This document shows, piece by piece, positions 7,699-16,158 of a DNA stretch of 16,955 nt. Every line of letters starts with the position of its first letter. Position 1 is the stretch's first letter. The notes beneath the pieces were generated by a model. The model was not told the origin of the DNA. It worked only from the letters and a program-made list of their open reading frames with translations, and did not search any database. This DNA is from Promethearchaeota archaeon (GTDB lineage Archaea > Asgardarchaeota > Hermodarchaeia > Hermodarchaeales > Hermodarchaeaceae): the NCBI GenBank assembly GCA_048939625.1, contig JBHLPH010000033.1, positions 1-16,955 on the forward strand, written 5' to 3'. Position numbers and translations under genes: made by a program.

Positions 7699-8181
7699 TT
7701 ATCCTTGTAGTTTCTCAGCGTATAGACCGGCATCGATTTCTTTTTGGACTTCACGTCCATCCTTACCCTCAATGGTGACCCCCATACTCACACACGTACC
7801 AAGAACTGACTTCACACGGTTTTGTAGTGAACTGCCGAGGAGGTCTTGATCCTTTGCCCGGGCCACCTTCAAAACTTGGTCTAGAGAAATATCTCCTGTC
7901 ACTTCAGTTCCTGTTAGACCGGTGCCTTTCTCAACTCCCACCTCTTTGATAATAAGCGCCGAGGTGGGAGGAAGCCCAATTGTAATTTCAAACTCTTTGG
8001 TATCATCATCTACAACAATGGTGACGGGTACTTTCAAGCCCTTCAAATCTTCAGTTTGTTTGTTGATTTCTTGGACGATTTGAAATAAATTCGCTCCAGT
8101 CGGTCCTAGAACTGGGGCGATAGGGGGTCCGGCTGATGCTTTTCCGCCTTCGACAAGGGCTTCACATACGACTTTACCCAT
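7699..8181 (-). CDS. rpl11: 50S ribosomal protein uL11
   Basis: EGGKASAGPPIAPVLGP, PPTSALI and GTCVSMGV. The true start is ATG 8181, not 8325. Confidence 0.97.
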   Translation of the reverse strand: MGKVVCEALVEGGKASAGPPIAPVLGPTGANLFQIVQEINKQTEDLKGLKVPVTIVVDDDTKEFEITIGLPPTSALIIKEVGVEKGTGLTGTEVTGDISLDQVLKVARAKDQDLLGSSLQNRVKSVLGTCVSMGVTIEGKDGREVQKEIDAGLYAEKLQG

Positions 8182-8275
8182 TGTTGGTATCTCCTCTAGA
8201 GATGGGTCAGCTTCAAGAGCTATACGCGATTTAAAAATGTTCTGCCTCAACTTAGCCGTTCTATGAGTTATGTCA

Positions 8276-8773
8276 CTAGAGTTCGAGGAGTTCTTCCTCT
8301 TCTTCGGGCTCTTCGCGGGCTGCACGTTCGACGATTCGTAAAAAGTCAGCGTGGACCTTAACTGGGATGGGGGAGGGGGCTTCGAAGAGTTCGAGGGTAA
8401 TTTCGTCTTTCGAGGTATCGATTCGCATCACTCGGGCACGTTCCCCTTTGAAGGGTCCACCTGTGATTTCGACGATGTCGCCGAGTTCCAAGTCTTCGGT
8501 GGGTGGTCGTGGGACGAGGATGTTTTCGATTTCATCAATGAGGATTTTGCCGGGTATGATGCCTTTGATGTGGGGAATTCCAGCGATGGCGAGTTCGACT
8601 TCGCGGGGGCTTCGGGCTTCGATGAAGATGTAGCCTTTGAGCGGTTCGGGAACGAGAATGGCTTTGAGGTCAACTTGGCGTTTTGTGACACGTCCTGAGA
8701 TAACGTGAGCAATTCCCTTCTCTTGTCCGATGGTGGTTCTCACGATGTAGATATTGGTTGTTTCTTCAGCCAT
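8276..8773 (-). CDS. spt5: Transcription elongation factor Spt5
   Basis: NGN domain (RTTIGQE, LKGYIFIE) plus KOW motif (GDIVEITGGPFKGERARV). Confidence 0.97.
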   Translation of the reverse strand: MAEETTNIYIVRTTIGQEKGIAHVISGRVTKRQVDLKAILVPEPLKGYIFIEARSPREVELAIAGIPHIKGIIPGKILIDEIENILVPRPPTEDLELGDIVEITGGPFKGERARVMRIDTSKDEITLELFEAPSPIPVKVHADFLRIVERAAREEPEEEEELLEL

Positions 8774-8814
8774 TCAGCGCACCTCCCTCGAATTGGATGT
8801 TTTGCGGTGTATGA

Positions 8815-9000
8815 TTAACCGGCAAATCGTCCCGTAACGACGATCATGATGAAGCGAATGAAGAAGCCAACGGCTCCGACGACGAATAGACCAAGCATGC
8901 TGAGCTTGAATTGCATCCAGATTTCTTGTCGTGAGGGGCGTTGGGAAAGTTGGACGATACGCTTGGTGTTCTCCCAGAATTCGGATACCCGGTTTGACAT
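8815..9000 (-). CDS. secE: Protein translocase SecE/Sec61 gamma
   Basis: RIVQLSQRPSRQE plus a single TM (GLFVVGAVGFFI). Position upstream of spt5. SD GGTGA before ATG 9000. Confidence 0.93.
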   Translation of the reverse strand: MSNRVSEFWENTKRIVQLSQRPSRQEIWMQFKLSMLGLFVVGAVGFFIRFIMIVVTGRFAG

Positions 9001-9089
9001 TTTTTTCACCTATGGTCGACTAGAGGTCTTGGGCAGTCTCATCTTTCCTGTCCTAATAAGTCTTTTCGCATTCGCACATCGGTTATAGA

Positions 9090-9932
9090 CTAATTTGTTT
9101 CGTCTCGAATGAGATGGCGGATCCGGGTGACCTGTAAGCCAAGTGCCTCTGCGAGTGCCGTAACTCGTTCTCGTTGTTCGCCTTTCATACCCTTCCAATC
9201 TATGGCAGCAATCGTAGGTTTTGGTCGACTTCGGTGGATTGCTTGAGTTATGAGCGTTTCAGATAATTGATCTAAATGGTATCGGGGCATCACATGGGAA
9301 ACTGCATATTTGGTTTCAGAATTTAAGCGAGTAAAGCCAGGGCAGTAGTGAGGACCTCCAAACCCTAAAACCGCAGGATACGAAGTCTGATATTGTTGTG
9401 CGGTAGTAACAATAGTGCGGGCTACGATTTCTGCTGCAAGTGGGTTTTGCCATTCGTGTTCAGTACTTCCAATTTCGATGAACAGGACAGGAGTGGACTC
9501 GATGAAAGGGCCGTGATGGGTGGCTTCTAATCCACAAGCCCAGTCCGTGAGCCCGAGTCGTTTCTGCTCAGAGAGGAGGGTTTGTAACGCGATTTTCATT
9601 GCAGATGGTGGAGCAATACATAGGGTGGAGGGTTTTCCTCCTAACTCCGCCTCTGCCCAGTTTCCAGGTACATGGGTGAGAAGAGCAGGTTTGAAGGCCG
9701 CAGATTTGTGTCGGGACGCAAAGATGAAGAGGTCGGCAGAAAAATGGTCATCTAGGTTATCTGCATTTATGCTGTCGGGTTCGATTGTGACAACTGATAG
9801 TTGGTCTAATTGATAGATTGGATGATCATCATAGGTGTCTGATGTTTCGGTGAAAGGGAATAGTGTGAGGAGTTGGCGTTTGATGTGTTGGGCTGCGAGA
9901 TCTTTTTGTGAGCAGAAACAAATCACTGACAC
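9090..9932 (-). CDS. dtdA: D-aminoacyl-tRNA deacylase (DTD2/GEK1 family)
   Basis: FASRHKS, THVPGN, EATHHGP, FIEIGS and GFGGPHY. Confidence 0.95.
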   Translation of the reverse strand: MSVICFCSQKDLAAQHIKRQLLTLFPFTETSDTYDDHPIYQLDQLSVVTIEPDSINADNLDDHFSADLFIFASRHKSAAFKPALLTHVPGNWAEAELGGKPSTLCIAPPSAMKIALQTLLSEQKRLGLTDWACGLEATHHGPFIESTPVLFIEIGSTEHEWQNPLAAEIVARTIVTTAQQYQTSYPAVLGFGGPHYCPGFTRLNSETKYAVSHVMPRYHLDQLSETLITQAIHRSRPKPTIAAIDWKGMKGEQRERVTALAEALGLQVTRIRHLIRDETN

Positions 9933-9955
9933 TGGGTCGGACCTCAGGGGAGGTG

Positions 9956-10885
9956 TTAAAGGAGCAGCGCGAGGACGGCTTTTTCGGTGTGAAGCCGATT
10001 TTCGGCTTGGTCCCAGACGACACTATGTGGACCTTCAATGACACCATCGGTGATTTCTTCATCCCGGTGGGCAGGGAGGCAGTGCATAACAATACTATGA
10101 GGAGCGGCGAGTTTCACAAGGGCTTCGTTGACTTGGTATTTGGGAACAAAAGTCGCGAGCCGTTTCTTCCTTTCGGCATCTTGCCCCATGGATACAAACA
10201 CATCCGTATAAATGATATCAGCATCTTCAACAGCAGCTTTAGGATTGTTCGTGATTTCGACTTGAGCCATATTTTCAGCTGCTCGTTCCCGAGCAAAGGT
10301 CGTCACCTCTGCATTAGGCTCAAAGCCAGGGGGCGTAGCTACGGTCACTTCGAGGCCCATGATTGCCCCACCTAGCATCAGTGAGTGACAAACGTTGTTG
10401 CCATCACCAACGTAGACGAGTTTGAGGCCTTCGAGTTCATGGAGTTTTTCTCGGATAGTAAGGAGGTCAGCAAGCCCTTGACAGGGATGGTACATCGGAG
10501 TTAGTGCATTGATAACAGGAATTGAACTGTGCTGGGCGAGTTCAACTACATTCTCATGGCTCGTTGCTCGAATAACGATACCGTGGAGATACCGGCTGAG
10601 CACACGTGAAGTGTCCGCAATGGGTTCACCTCGACTCAATTGCAGTTCCTGTGAACTGAGAAACAGCGCATCACCAGATAACTCGTTAATCGCGACTTCG
10701 AAACTGACCCTGGTTCGAGTGGAGGGTCGCTCGAAGACCATACCCACTGATTTTCCTAATAGGCTCGTTCCGAGCTCGCTTATGTAACGTTGCCGTTTGA
10801 GGTCCGCCGAGGTGTCTAGGATAAGTTGAATCTCCTCGCGGGTGAAGTCTTTCAGACTTAACAGATGGCGCCCTTTGAGTTCCAT
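9956..10885 (-). CDS. argF: Ornithine carbamoyltransferase
   Basis: STRT, HPCQ, DVFVSMG, HCLP and QAENR. Likely start is ATG 10885; TATA-like CTATAAAAG at ~10933-10941. Confidence 0.95.
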   Translation of the reverse strand: MELKGRHLLSLKDFTREEIQLILDTSADLKRQRYISELGTSLLGKSVGMVFERPSTRTRVSFEVAINELSGDALFLSSQELQLSRGEPIADTSRVLSRYLHGIVIRATSHENVVELAQHSSIPVINALTPMYHPCQGLADLLTIREKLHELEGLKLVYVGDGNNVCHSLMLGGAIMGLEVTVATPPGFEPNAEVTTFARERAAENMAQVEITNNPKAAVEDADIIYTDVFVSMGQDAERKKRLATFVPKYQVNEALVKLAAPHSIVMHCLPAHRDEEITDGVIEGPHSVVWDQAENRLHTEKAVLALLL

Positions 10886-10971
10886 TTTTACCACGCACTT
10901 AGAGGAAATCGTTTGAACTTGCAAGCACTGACACTTTATAGCCTTTGCGTCTCACAATTGCTACGAAAGAA

Positions 10972-11883
10972 TTAGTCGAGTGGGGCAATTTTTTGGGCAA
11001 ACCACTCTGGGTCAAAGGCTTTGAGATCAGAATATTCTTGTCCCACTCCCACAAAGATGATGGGTTTGCCTGTTGCAATAGCAATGGAAAGAGCGGCACC
11101 ACCCTTGGTATCTGCGTCGACTTTGGTAAGAATGGCAGCATCAATTCCGATTTTTTCATTGAAGGTTTTTGCTTGCTCAATAGCATCATTACCAGCGAGG
11201 GCATCTCCAACGAAGATGACAAGGTCAGGCTCTGCGACGCGGTGAATCTTCTGAAGTTCAGCCATGAGGTTTTTGTCCGTTTGCATGCGTCCAGCTGTAT
11301 CGATAAGAACCACATTGATTCCGCGAGCCCGGGCATGGTTGATTGCATCATAGCCTACTGATGCAGAATCTGAGCCGTAGGGTCGAGTGATGACTCGGAC
11401 ATTCAAGCGATTAGCGTGGGTTTGGAGTTGTTCAGCACTTCCGGCGCGAAATGTGTCTCCACAGGCTAAGACCACTGAATATCCTTTTTTCTGAAACATG
11501 TAGGTCATTTTAGCAATCGTCGTGGTCTTCCCGGTTCCGTTTACACCCAAAAACATGATAGTAAGAGGTTCTCCCACTTTTTTTCGCTGTTCCAAGAGAG
11601 CAAAAATGTCAACGGGTTCTTCAGGTGTTAATGCTTCAAGAATGGCTTGATAAAGAGCTTCCCGAATGAAGCCTTTTTTGCTTTGTAAGCGACCGAGTTG
11701 TTCGCCTTCTAAGGTTTCTTTGAGTCGATCATTGATTCTTTCAGTAGCTTCGTAGGCGACGTCATTTTCTAATAGTGCCAGCTGAAGGTCTGAATAAGCG
11801 TCCTCAAGGTTCTTTTCGCTAATAGATTTGTGAGTGACTTTGTGGACGAACCCGTCAACAGCCTTGCGAAGTTTTTCAAACAC
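10972..11883 (-). CDS. ftsY: SRP receptor FtsY (NG domain only)
   Basis: GVNGTGKTTT, DTFRAG, DTAGR, TKVD and GVGQ. Confidence 0.97.
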   Translation of the reverse strand: MFEKLRKAVDGFVHKVTHKSISEKNLEDAYSDLQLALLENDVAYEATERINDRLKETLEGEQLGRLQSKKGFIREALYQAILEALTPEEPVDIFALLEQRKKVGEPLTIMFLGVNGTGKTTTIAKMTYMFQKKGYSVVLACGDTFRAGSAEQLQTHANRLNVRVITRPYGSDSASVGYDAINHARARGINVVLIDTAGRMQTDKNLMAELQKIHRVAEPDLVIFVGDALAGNDAIEQAKTFNEKIGIDAAILTKVDADTKGGAALSIAIATGKPIIFVGVGQEYSDLKAFDPEWFAQKIAPLD

Positions 11884-11901
11884 CTGGAGTTCCCCTAAGT
11901 A

Positions 11902-12363
11902 TTAGTCATTCGATTCGGGCTTTGGTGGTTGTCCTTGGGTAGTCTGAATAAGTTGATTGAGCTGTGATCGGTAATCTTCAATTCGGGCTTGGGCGTTTTG
12001 GATTTGTTCTTGTTGGCGTTGGGCAATGTCAGTGAGCTGTTTCTGTTGTTCCTCAAAACGGATCAGGGCTTCATCAATGGTTCGTTGGGCAGCAAAACCT
12101 GCACCAACCGAGGTCACAACATGCTTGGGATCAGTGAGCTTGACATAAATATGAACTCCCGAGCCGATGTTAACCATGATTTCGTCACCGACCTTGTGAT
12201 TTTTCAGTTCCTGCACTGCCGTGGCCGTTTCGGCTAATCGTTGCAACTGAAGTTCAATCATCTGGAGATTGTTTTGACCACGAGCAATTTCCTCTTCGAG
12301 CGCTTGGACTGACATAATCAATTGTTGAGCGAGTTGCTCGGGATTGGGAGTTGGTTGCGCCAT
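11902..12363 (-). CDS. pfdA: Prefoldin alpha subunit
   Basis: Coiled coils flanking two beta-hairpins (IMVNIGSGV, VGAGF); conserved position between eL20 and ftsY. Confidence 0.92.
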   Translation of the reverse strand: MAQPTPNPEQLAQQLIMSVQALEEEIARGQNNLQMIELQLQRLAETATAVQELKNHKVGDEIMVNIGSGVHIYVKLTDPKHVVTSVGAGFAAQRTIDEALIRFEEQQKQLTDIAQRQQEQIQNAQARIEDYRSQLNQLIQTTQGQPPKPESND

Positions 12364-12408
12364 AATTATATTTCCCCCAGGGGATGACTGGATTGGTGTA
12401 TCTGAGTT

Positions 12409-12642
12409 CTATTCAATACCACTAAGTTTTCGGATGAGCTGCTTCGCAGCTTCTTCGGGTGGAATTACGGTGACAGTTTCAAGGGTAATTGCCTTGCGAT
12501 TCACTCGATGAAAGGAACCTAAGAGAGAATAAAGGTGTTCTTTGGCTGTCTCTTCACTAACAGCTCGAATTTCTTGAGAAAAGCGATACTCCCGTTTATT
12601 GCGCATATAGGTTCCTTCTAAGCGGTACACTTGTACTGACAT
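12409..12642 (-). CDS. rplX: 50S ribosomal protein eL20 (LX/L18Ae)
   Basis: YRLEG, FSQEIRA and LYSLLGSFHRVNR. Confidence 0.93.
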   Translation of the reverse strand: MSVQVYRLEGTYMRNKREYRFSQEIRAVSEETAKEHLYSLLGSFHRVNRKAITLETVTVIPPEEAAKQLIRKLSGIE

Positions 12643-12691
12643 TCTAACCAGCCTTCTAAAGATATGCAGACAACCATCGAATAGCCAGCGC

Positions 12692-12706
12692 TATTTTAAC
12701 CTTTTT
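12692..12706 (-). promoter_or_regulatory. BRE/TATA-like promoter for eL20-pfdA-ftsY
   Basis: AAAAAGGTTAAAATA about 50 nt upstream of the eL20 ATG. Confidence 0.55.
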
Positions 12707-12709
12707 GCC

Positions 12710-14117
12710 TTGAATAGAATGTCTTTCAAAGAAGATAGTTATCAACCTCCCTCCCATGAACTGAAAAATATTGGTCACCCTTCTATTCTTGCATGAAACC
12801 AATGCTATTAGCAAGGAAAATCCGCATCACACCTACAGCTGAGCAAGCTAATGTGTTATGGGCGTTATCCGAAAAATGTCGACTTCTCTATAACTTCGCT
12901 CTGGCAGAACGTAGACGCCAGTGGGAAACTAATCGAATTAATCCAGTGTCCAAACGTAACTACATAACATATTTCCAACAACAGAACTTCCTACCGGTCC
13001 TCAAGAAGCTGTATCCTGAATATACCTGGGTTTATTCGAAAGTCTTACAAATGACGTTAAAACGTCTCGATGACGACTACAAATCCTTCTTTGCTCGTTG
13101 GAGCTGTGGTGATAAGCAAGCGCGACCTCCAAGCTTCAAAGGTCAAAACTACTTCACAACACTGTGTTACAATCAATCCGGATTCACTCTAGATATAACC
13201 CATAAAACAATTCGTTTTTCCCACCGCCACCCATCCGGTGTTGAATTAAAATTCGCCTTGCCCTGGCTACCACCTGTTAATGGTCAAGTCAAACAAGTTG
13301 AAATATTCCAGGATAGGCAGTGTCGTTGGTTTGTTTCAATCACCATCGAGTATCTGTATCATGAATCTTCTGATAATGGCCAGTACCAAGCAATTGACCT
13401 GGGCATTATAAATTTGGTAACAGCTGTAAATCACAAAGGGAGATTTATTCAAATCCGCAATCGTCGCCCTGACCTCTATTGGAAAGACCAACTTCGAGAA
13501 GTGCAATCCCGTCGTGATCATTGTTTGAAGTACAGCAACAAATGGCATTTCTACCATAGAAAATTATTGAAAATGCAAAGAAAATTAGCAAATCAATTGC
13601 GTGATTTCCAGCATAAAATTTCCAAAGTAGTAGTAACGAATACTCGTGCTCACACATTGATTATCGGCAATCTCGAGATCAAACAAATGGTACGTAAAAA
13701 AAGGCATTCGAGGACTAGTCGGAAAGATAAGGCTAATAGAACTTTGAATTATTCGATGCAAAGCACGGGTTTTCTAGGGAGATTCGCCCAATTCTTGACC
13801 TACAAAGCTCAGAGATTAGGTAAAAGTGTGATAAGAATTGACGAATCGGATACTACGAAGATGTGTTGTGTATGTGGTAAAATGAAGAGACGCTATTTAT
13901 CAGAGCGTGTTATCCAATGCAATTGTGGAAATCCGTTTGATCGAGACCAAAACGCAGCGGTCAACATCATGATACGGTTTCTATTGCAGAAACCCCCTGT
14001 GAACGGGGAGCCATTACAAGCGTTCTTGAATGGCTTGCATCGACATACAGCCCTACCTCAGAACTTGCAGGTAGTGGATTCGATGGAAATACCTGCATAA
14101 ACGCAGGTGTAGTTCAC
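12710..14117 (+). mobile_element. Non-autonomous tnpB-only IS200/IS605-family element (IS1341-like); left end approximate
   Basis: No tnpA. Antisense to and separating eIF6 and eL20, which are normally adjacent. Subterminal hairpin ACCTGC-ATAAAC-GCAGGT followed by GTAGTTCAC is a typical right end. More AT-rich than the flanks by eye. Confidence 0.75.
12793..14100 (+). CDS. tnpB: RNA-guided endonuclease TnpB (IS200/IS605 type) with rearranged RuvC-II
   Basis: N-terminal OrfB-type helix region, RuvC-I AIDLG (D202), IIGNL in place of xEDL (G292), IDESDTT (E351), zinc finger CCVC...CNC and RuvC-III DRDQNAAVNI (D385). Confidence 0.95.
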   Translation: MKPMLLARKIRITPTAEQANVLWALSEKCRLLYNFALAERRRQWETNRINPVSKRNYITYFQQQNFLPVLKKLYPEYTWVYSKVLQMTLKRLDDDYKSFFARWSCGDKQARPPSFKGQNYFTTLCYNQSGFTLDITHKTIRFSHRHPSGVELKFALPWLPPVNGQVKQVEIFQDRQCRWFVSITIEYLYHESSDNGQYQAIDLGIINLVTAVNHKGRFIQIRNRRPDLYWKDQLREVQSRRDHCLKYSNKWHFYHRKLLKMQRKLANQLRDFQHKISKVVVTNTRAHTLIIGNLEIKQMVRKKRHSRTSRKDKANRTLNYSMQSTGFLGRFAQFLTYKAQRLGKSVIRIDESDTTKMCCVCGKMKRRYLSERVIQCNCGNPFDRDQNAAVNIMIRFLLQKPPVNGEPLQAFLNGLHRHTALPQNLQVVDSMEIPA

Positions 14118-14137
14118 CTCTTTCCACCCCCAAAGGG
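13990..14137 (+). ncRNA. TnpB omegaRNA (reRNA) scaffold plus predicted guide
   Basis: Four stems overlap the tnpB 3' end. Loop GTGAAC (13999-14004) is complementary to terminal GTTCAC (14112-14117). Guide predicted from 14118. Outer boundaries approximate. Confidence 0.75.
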
Positions 14138-14141
14138 AACC

Positions 14142-14819
14142 TTAGAAGAAGGCTTCAGTGATACGCATGAGTTCGGGGCCAGTCGTCTCGAATCCTGCTG
14201 CTGCTGCTTTCGAGGTGGCGATTAGTCCGATGGAGATGTAGGGGACGCCGCAGTTGATTGTGCCGATTTCAGCTTCGACTCTGAAAAATGATGCTAACCA
14301 GTCGAGTTCTTCTTCCGTGACATCTGTATGAGCAAGTAGGCCTCGATTGGTTACAACGCAATAAGACCCCACCAAATCTGATTCTGCGATGGTTTTCGCT
14401 TCAACTTCGACTCCGAGTGTATCACGGATACTTTTGATATCTTCCGTAGAGAATTTAGAACTTACAAGCGCAGCCTGGTCATTGGCTAGGATTAGATTCC
14501 CCAGCGCAGTGAGTTTTGAATCCAGTTGGAGTAGAGGAATTTCCAAAGACGTTTGGAGCGCATCCACTTCTTCATTGAGGATGATGTGGGGAACTAACAG
14601 CCCATTTTCATTTCCAGCCGTGAGAATGCCAACGAGTGTGCTTTGACCAATAGTGGTACGAGTAGGTTGCTGTTCGAAAAGGTCCACCAACCCTTTCGTT
14701 GTGGGTTCATTGCTTGGCGCTTGAAGAAGCCAATGATCAGTTGCCCGGCAAAATGCACCGATATTTGAACTGCCATTAAAATCGAAGCGTTGAATTTTGC
14801 CGTTCATCAGGAAAGCCAC
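14142..14819 (-). CDS. eif6: Translation initiation factor 6 (aIF6)
   Basis: NIGAF, ALGNLILAND, VGSYCVVTNRG, GTINCG and TTGPEL. The start may be ATG 14807. Confidence 0.96.
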   Translation of the reverse strand: MAFLMNGKIQRFDFNGSSNIGAFCRATDHWLLQAPSNEPTTKGLVDLFEQQPTRTTIGQSTLVGILTAGNENGLLVPHIILNEEVDALQTSLEIPLLQLDSKLTALGNLILANDQAALVSSKFSTEDIKSIRDTLGVEVEAKTIAESDLVGSYCVVTNRGLLAHTDVTEEELDWLASFFRVEAEIGTINCGVPYISIGLIATSKAAAAGFETTGPELMRITEAFF

Positions 14820-14859
14820 ACAGAGAAAATTCGCTTAATCCGGTTTGAAAATGTGGGTG

Positions 14860-15183
14860 TTATCCTTCAACAAGGAAGACTTTGACCAATCCATCTCGAT
14901 CTTTGGTTGCTCTGACGCGAACACGGCGTGGGGGTTTTTCGATACCGTAGGTCCAGAGGTATTCGTTGAGGGGGGGGTCGATGGAGAGGTTGGCTTCATC
15001 GTCGACTTTCATATGTCGGATTATGAAGGCTTTAACAAGATTAACGGCACGCTTGGCGCGTCTCTTGCGTACAGTATGGTAGGCTTTACCCAGGGGGATG
15101 GTGTAAAGTCGTTCAACTACGATTTCTTCTGTAACTTCAGGGACCCCGAGCGACTCGGCTACTGCATCGTCTTTTTCTGTCAT
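14860..15183 (-). CDS. rpl31e: 50S ribosomal protein eL31
   Basis: ERLYTIPL, RRAKRAV and LNEYLWTYGIEKPPRRVRV. Confidence 0.97.
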   Translation of the reverse strand: MTEKDDAVAESLGVPEVTEEIVVERLYTIPLGKAYHTVRKRRAKRAVNLVKAFIIRHMKVDDEANLSIDPPLNEYLWTYGIEKPPRRVRVRATKDRDGLVKVFLVEG

Positions 15184-15206
15184 ACCTGGGTAATCTCCTT
15201 TCAGTG

Positions 15207-15362
15207 TTAGGGTTTAAGCTTGGATTGCCGCCAGTTTCGGCGTTTGGGGTGGGTGCGGATTTTACCATTAGTCTTAACCATAATCCAGGCAGGAACGCTG
15301 ACATTGGATTTCAACTGACGGCCAAGCCGTAGTTTCTTTGCAAGTGGTTTGTTACGTGCCAT
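15207..15362 (-). CDS. rpl39e: 50S ribosomal protein eL39; absent from the ORF track
   Basis: Manual translation, 51 aa: [51 protein letters not shown]. Confidence 0.97.
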   Translation of the reverse strand: MARNKPLAKKLRLGRQLKSNVSVPAWIMVKTNGKIRTHPKRRNWRQSKLKP

Positions 15363-15375
15363 CATTGCCACCTTT

Positions 15376-15708
15376 TCATTTAAACTGGATTTTTGTATCG
15401 CGCTGCCGTCCTGCTACTTGAGCAAGCATAGTCTTCAGGGTCTTATCGGTAATTGGAATTTCAGGTAGTCGATTCGCAGATGCTAGGCGAATGAGCTCAT
15501 TTTCTAGTTGCTCAGCAAATTGGGGTTTTACCATGCGAAGATTGCTTAACCGTGATCTGGCCTCGGGTGAGAGAATCTGCCGTAGAACAGCGGCTCGTTG
15601 AGCCCGGACCTCGGCTTCTTGAGCTGTTACTTGTTCTTCAGCCATAGCCTGTTGTTGGAGTTCGGCCATTTTTCGCCGTCGCAGCTCATTTAGTTCATCT
15701 TCACTCAA
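15376..15708 (-). CDS. PDCD5-family DNA-binding protein
   Basis: [14 protein letters not shown] and [24 protein letters not shown] start after GGAGGT. Confidence 0.95.
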   Translation of the reverse strand: MSEDELNELRRRKMAELQQQAMAEEQVTAQEAEVRAQRAAVLRQILSPEARSRLSNLRMVKPQFAEQLENELIRLASANRLPEIPITDKTLKTMLAQVAGRQRDTKIQFK

Positions 15709-15729
15709 AGAGTTAACCTCCGTGTTCCT

Positions 15730-16158
15730 TTATCCAGCATCCTGCGTTCGCATCATGTGTGCTAATTTGTCCAGGAAAGATCGACCCTTACTGGAAAGTC
15801 GACGTCCTGTGCCTTTATCGTGTTCGACGAGTCCTGCTTTTTCGAGTTGTTGGAGTGCAGTTCGAATGATGGACCCACTCCCTTTCGAGAATTGGTTTGG
15901 ACGTGCGCCCCGTCGTTTCCGTCCTCCATAAGCGGTACGAAGACGGGCTACTCCGGTAGGACCTTTCACGTAGAGGCGTCGAAGAATCGAGGCACACCGA
16001 GTATACCACCAATCTGTATCGGTTGGGGGCTTTTCCTTATGAGCACCTGTCTTAACGTAGGCAGCCCAGTCTGGTGGAGTGACCTCTTTTGCTTTCTTGA
16101 GTTCCTCAGCGATGCGAGGAATCAGTTGTTCTGCAGGAACATCAAATACGGTAGACAC
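15730..16158 (-). CDS. rps19e: 30S ribosomal protein eS19
   Basis: PDWAAYVKTG, WWYTRCASILRRLY and GSGSIIRTALQQLE. Confidence 0.98.
   Translation of the reverse strand: MSTVFDVPAEQLIPRIAEELKKAKEVTPPDWAAYVKTGAHKEKPPTDTDWWYTRCASILRRLYVKGPTGVARLRTAYGGRKRRGARPNQFSKGSGSIIRTALQQLEKAGLVEHDKGTGRRLSSKGRSFLDKLAHMMRTQDAG

Noticed and set aside
8182-8325. 48-aa N-terminal extension on uL11
   Set aside because: It overlaps spt5 and spans a TATA box and SD; homology starts at ATG 8181.
10886-10924. N-terminal extension on ArgF
   Set aside because: The TTG is too close to the TATA box; homology starts at MELKGRH.
11085-11093. 9-nt match (TGGAAAGAG) in ftsY to the start of the TnpB guide
   Set aside because: Too short to distinguish from chance, and the TAM is unknown.
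12738-12756. AGTTATCAACCTCCCTCCC resembling the right-end junction AGTTCACCTCTTTCC as a target-site duplication
   Set aside because: The similarity is loose, and IS200/IS605 elements do not make target duplications.
12793-14100. Cas12f/CRISPR effector or nuclease-dead TldR
   Set aside because: No CRISPR array or cas genes are present; both aspartates and a candidate relocated glutamate are retained.
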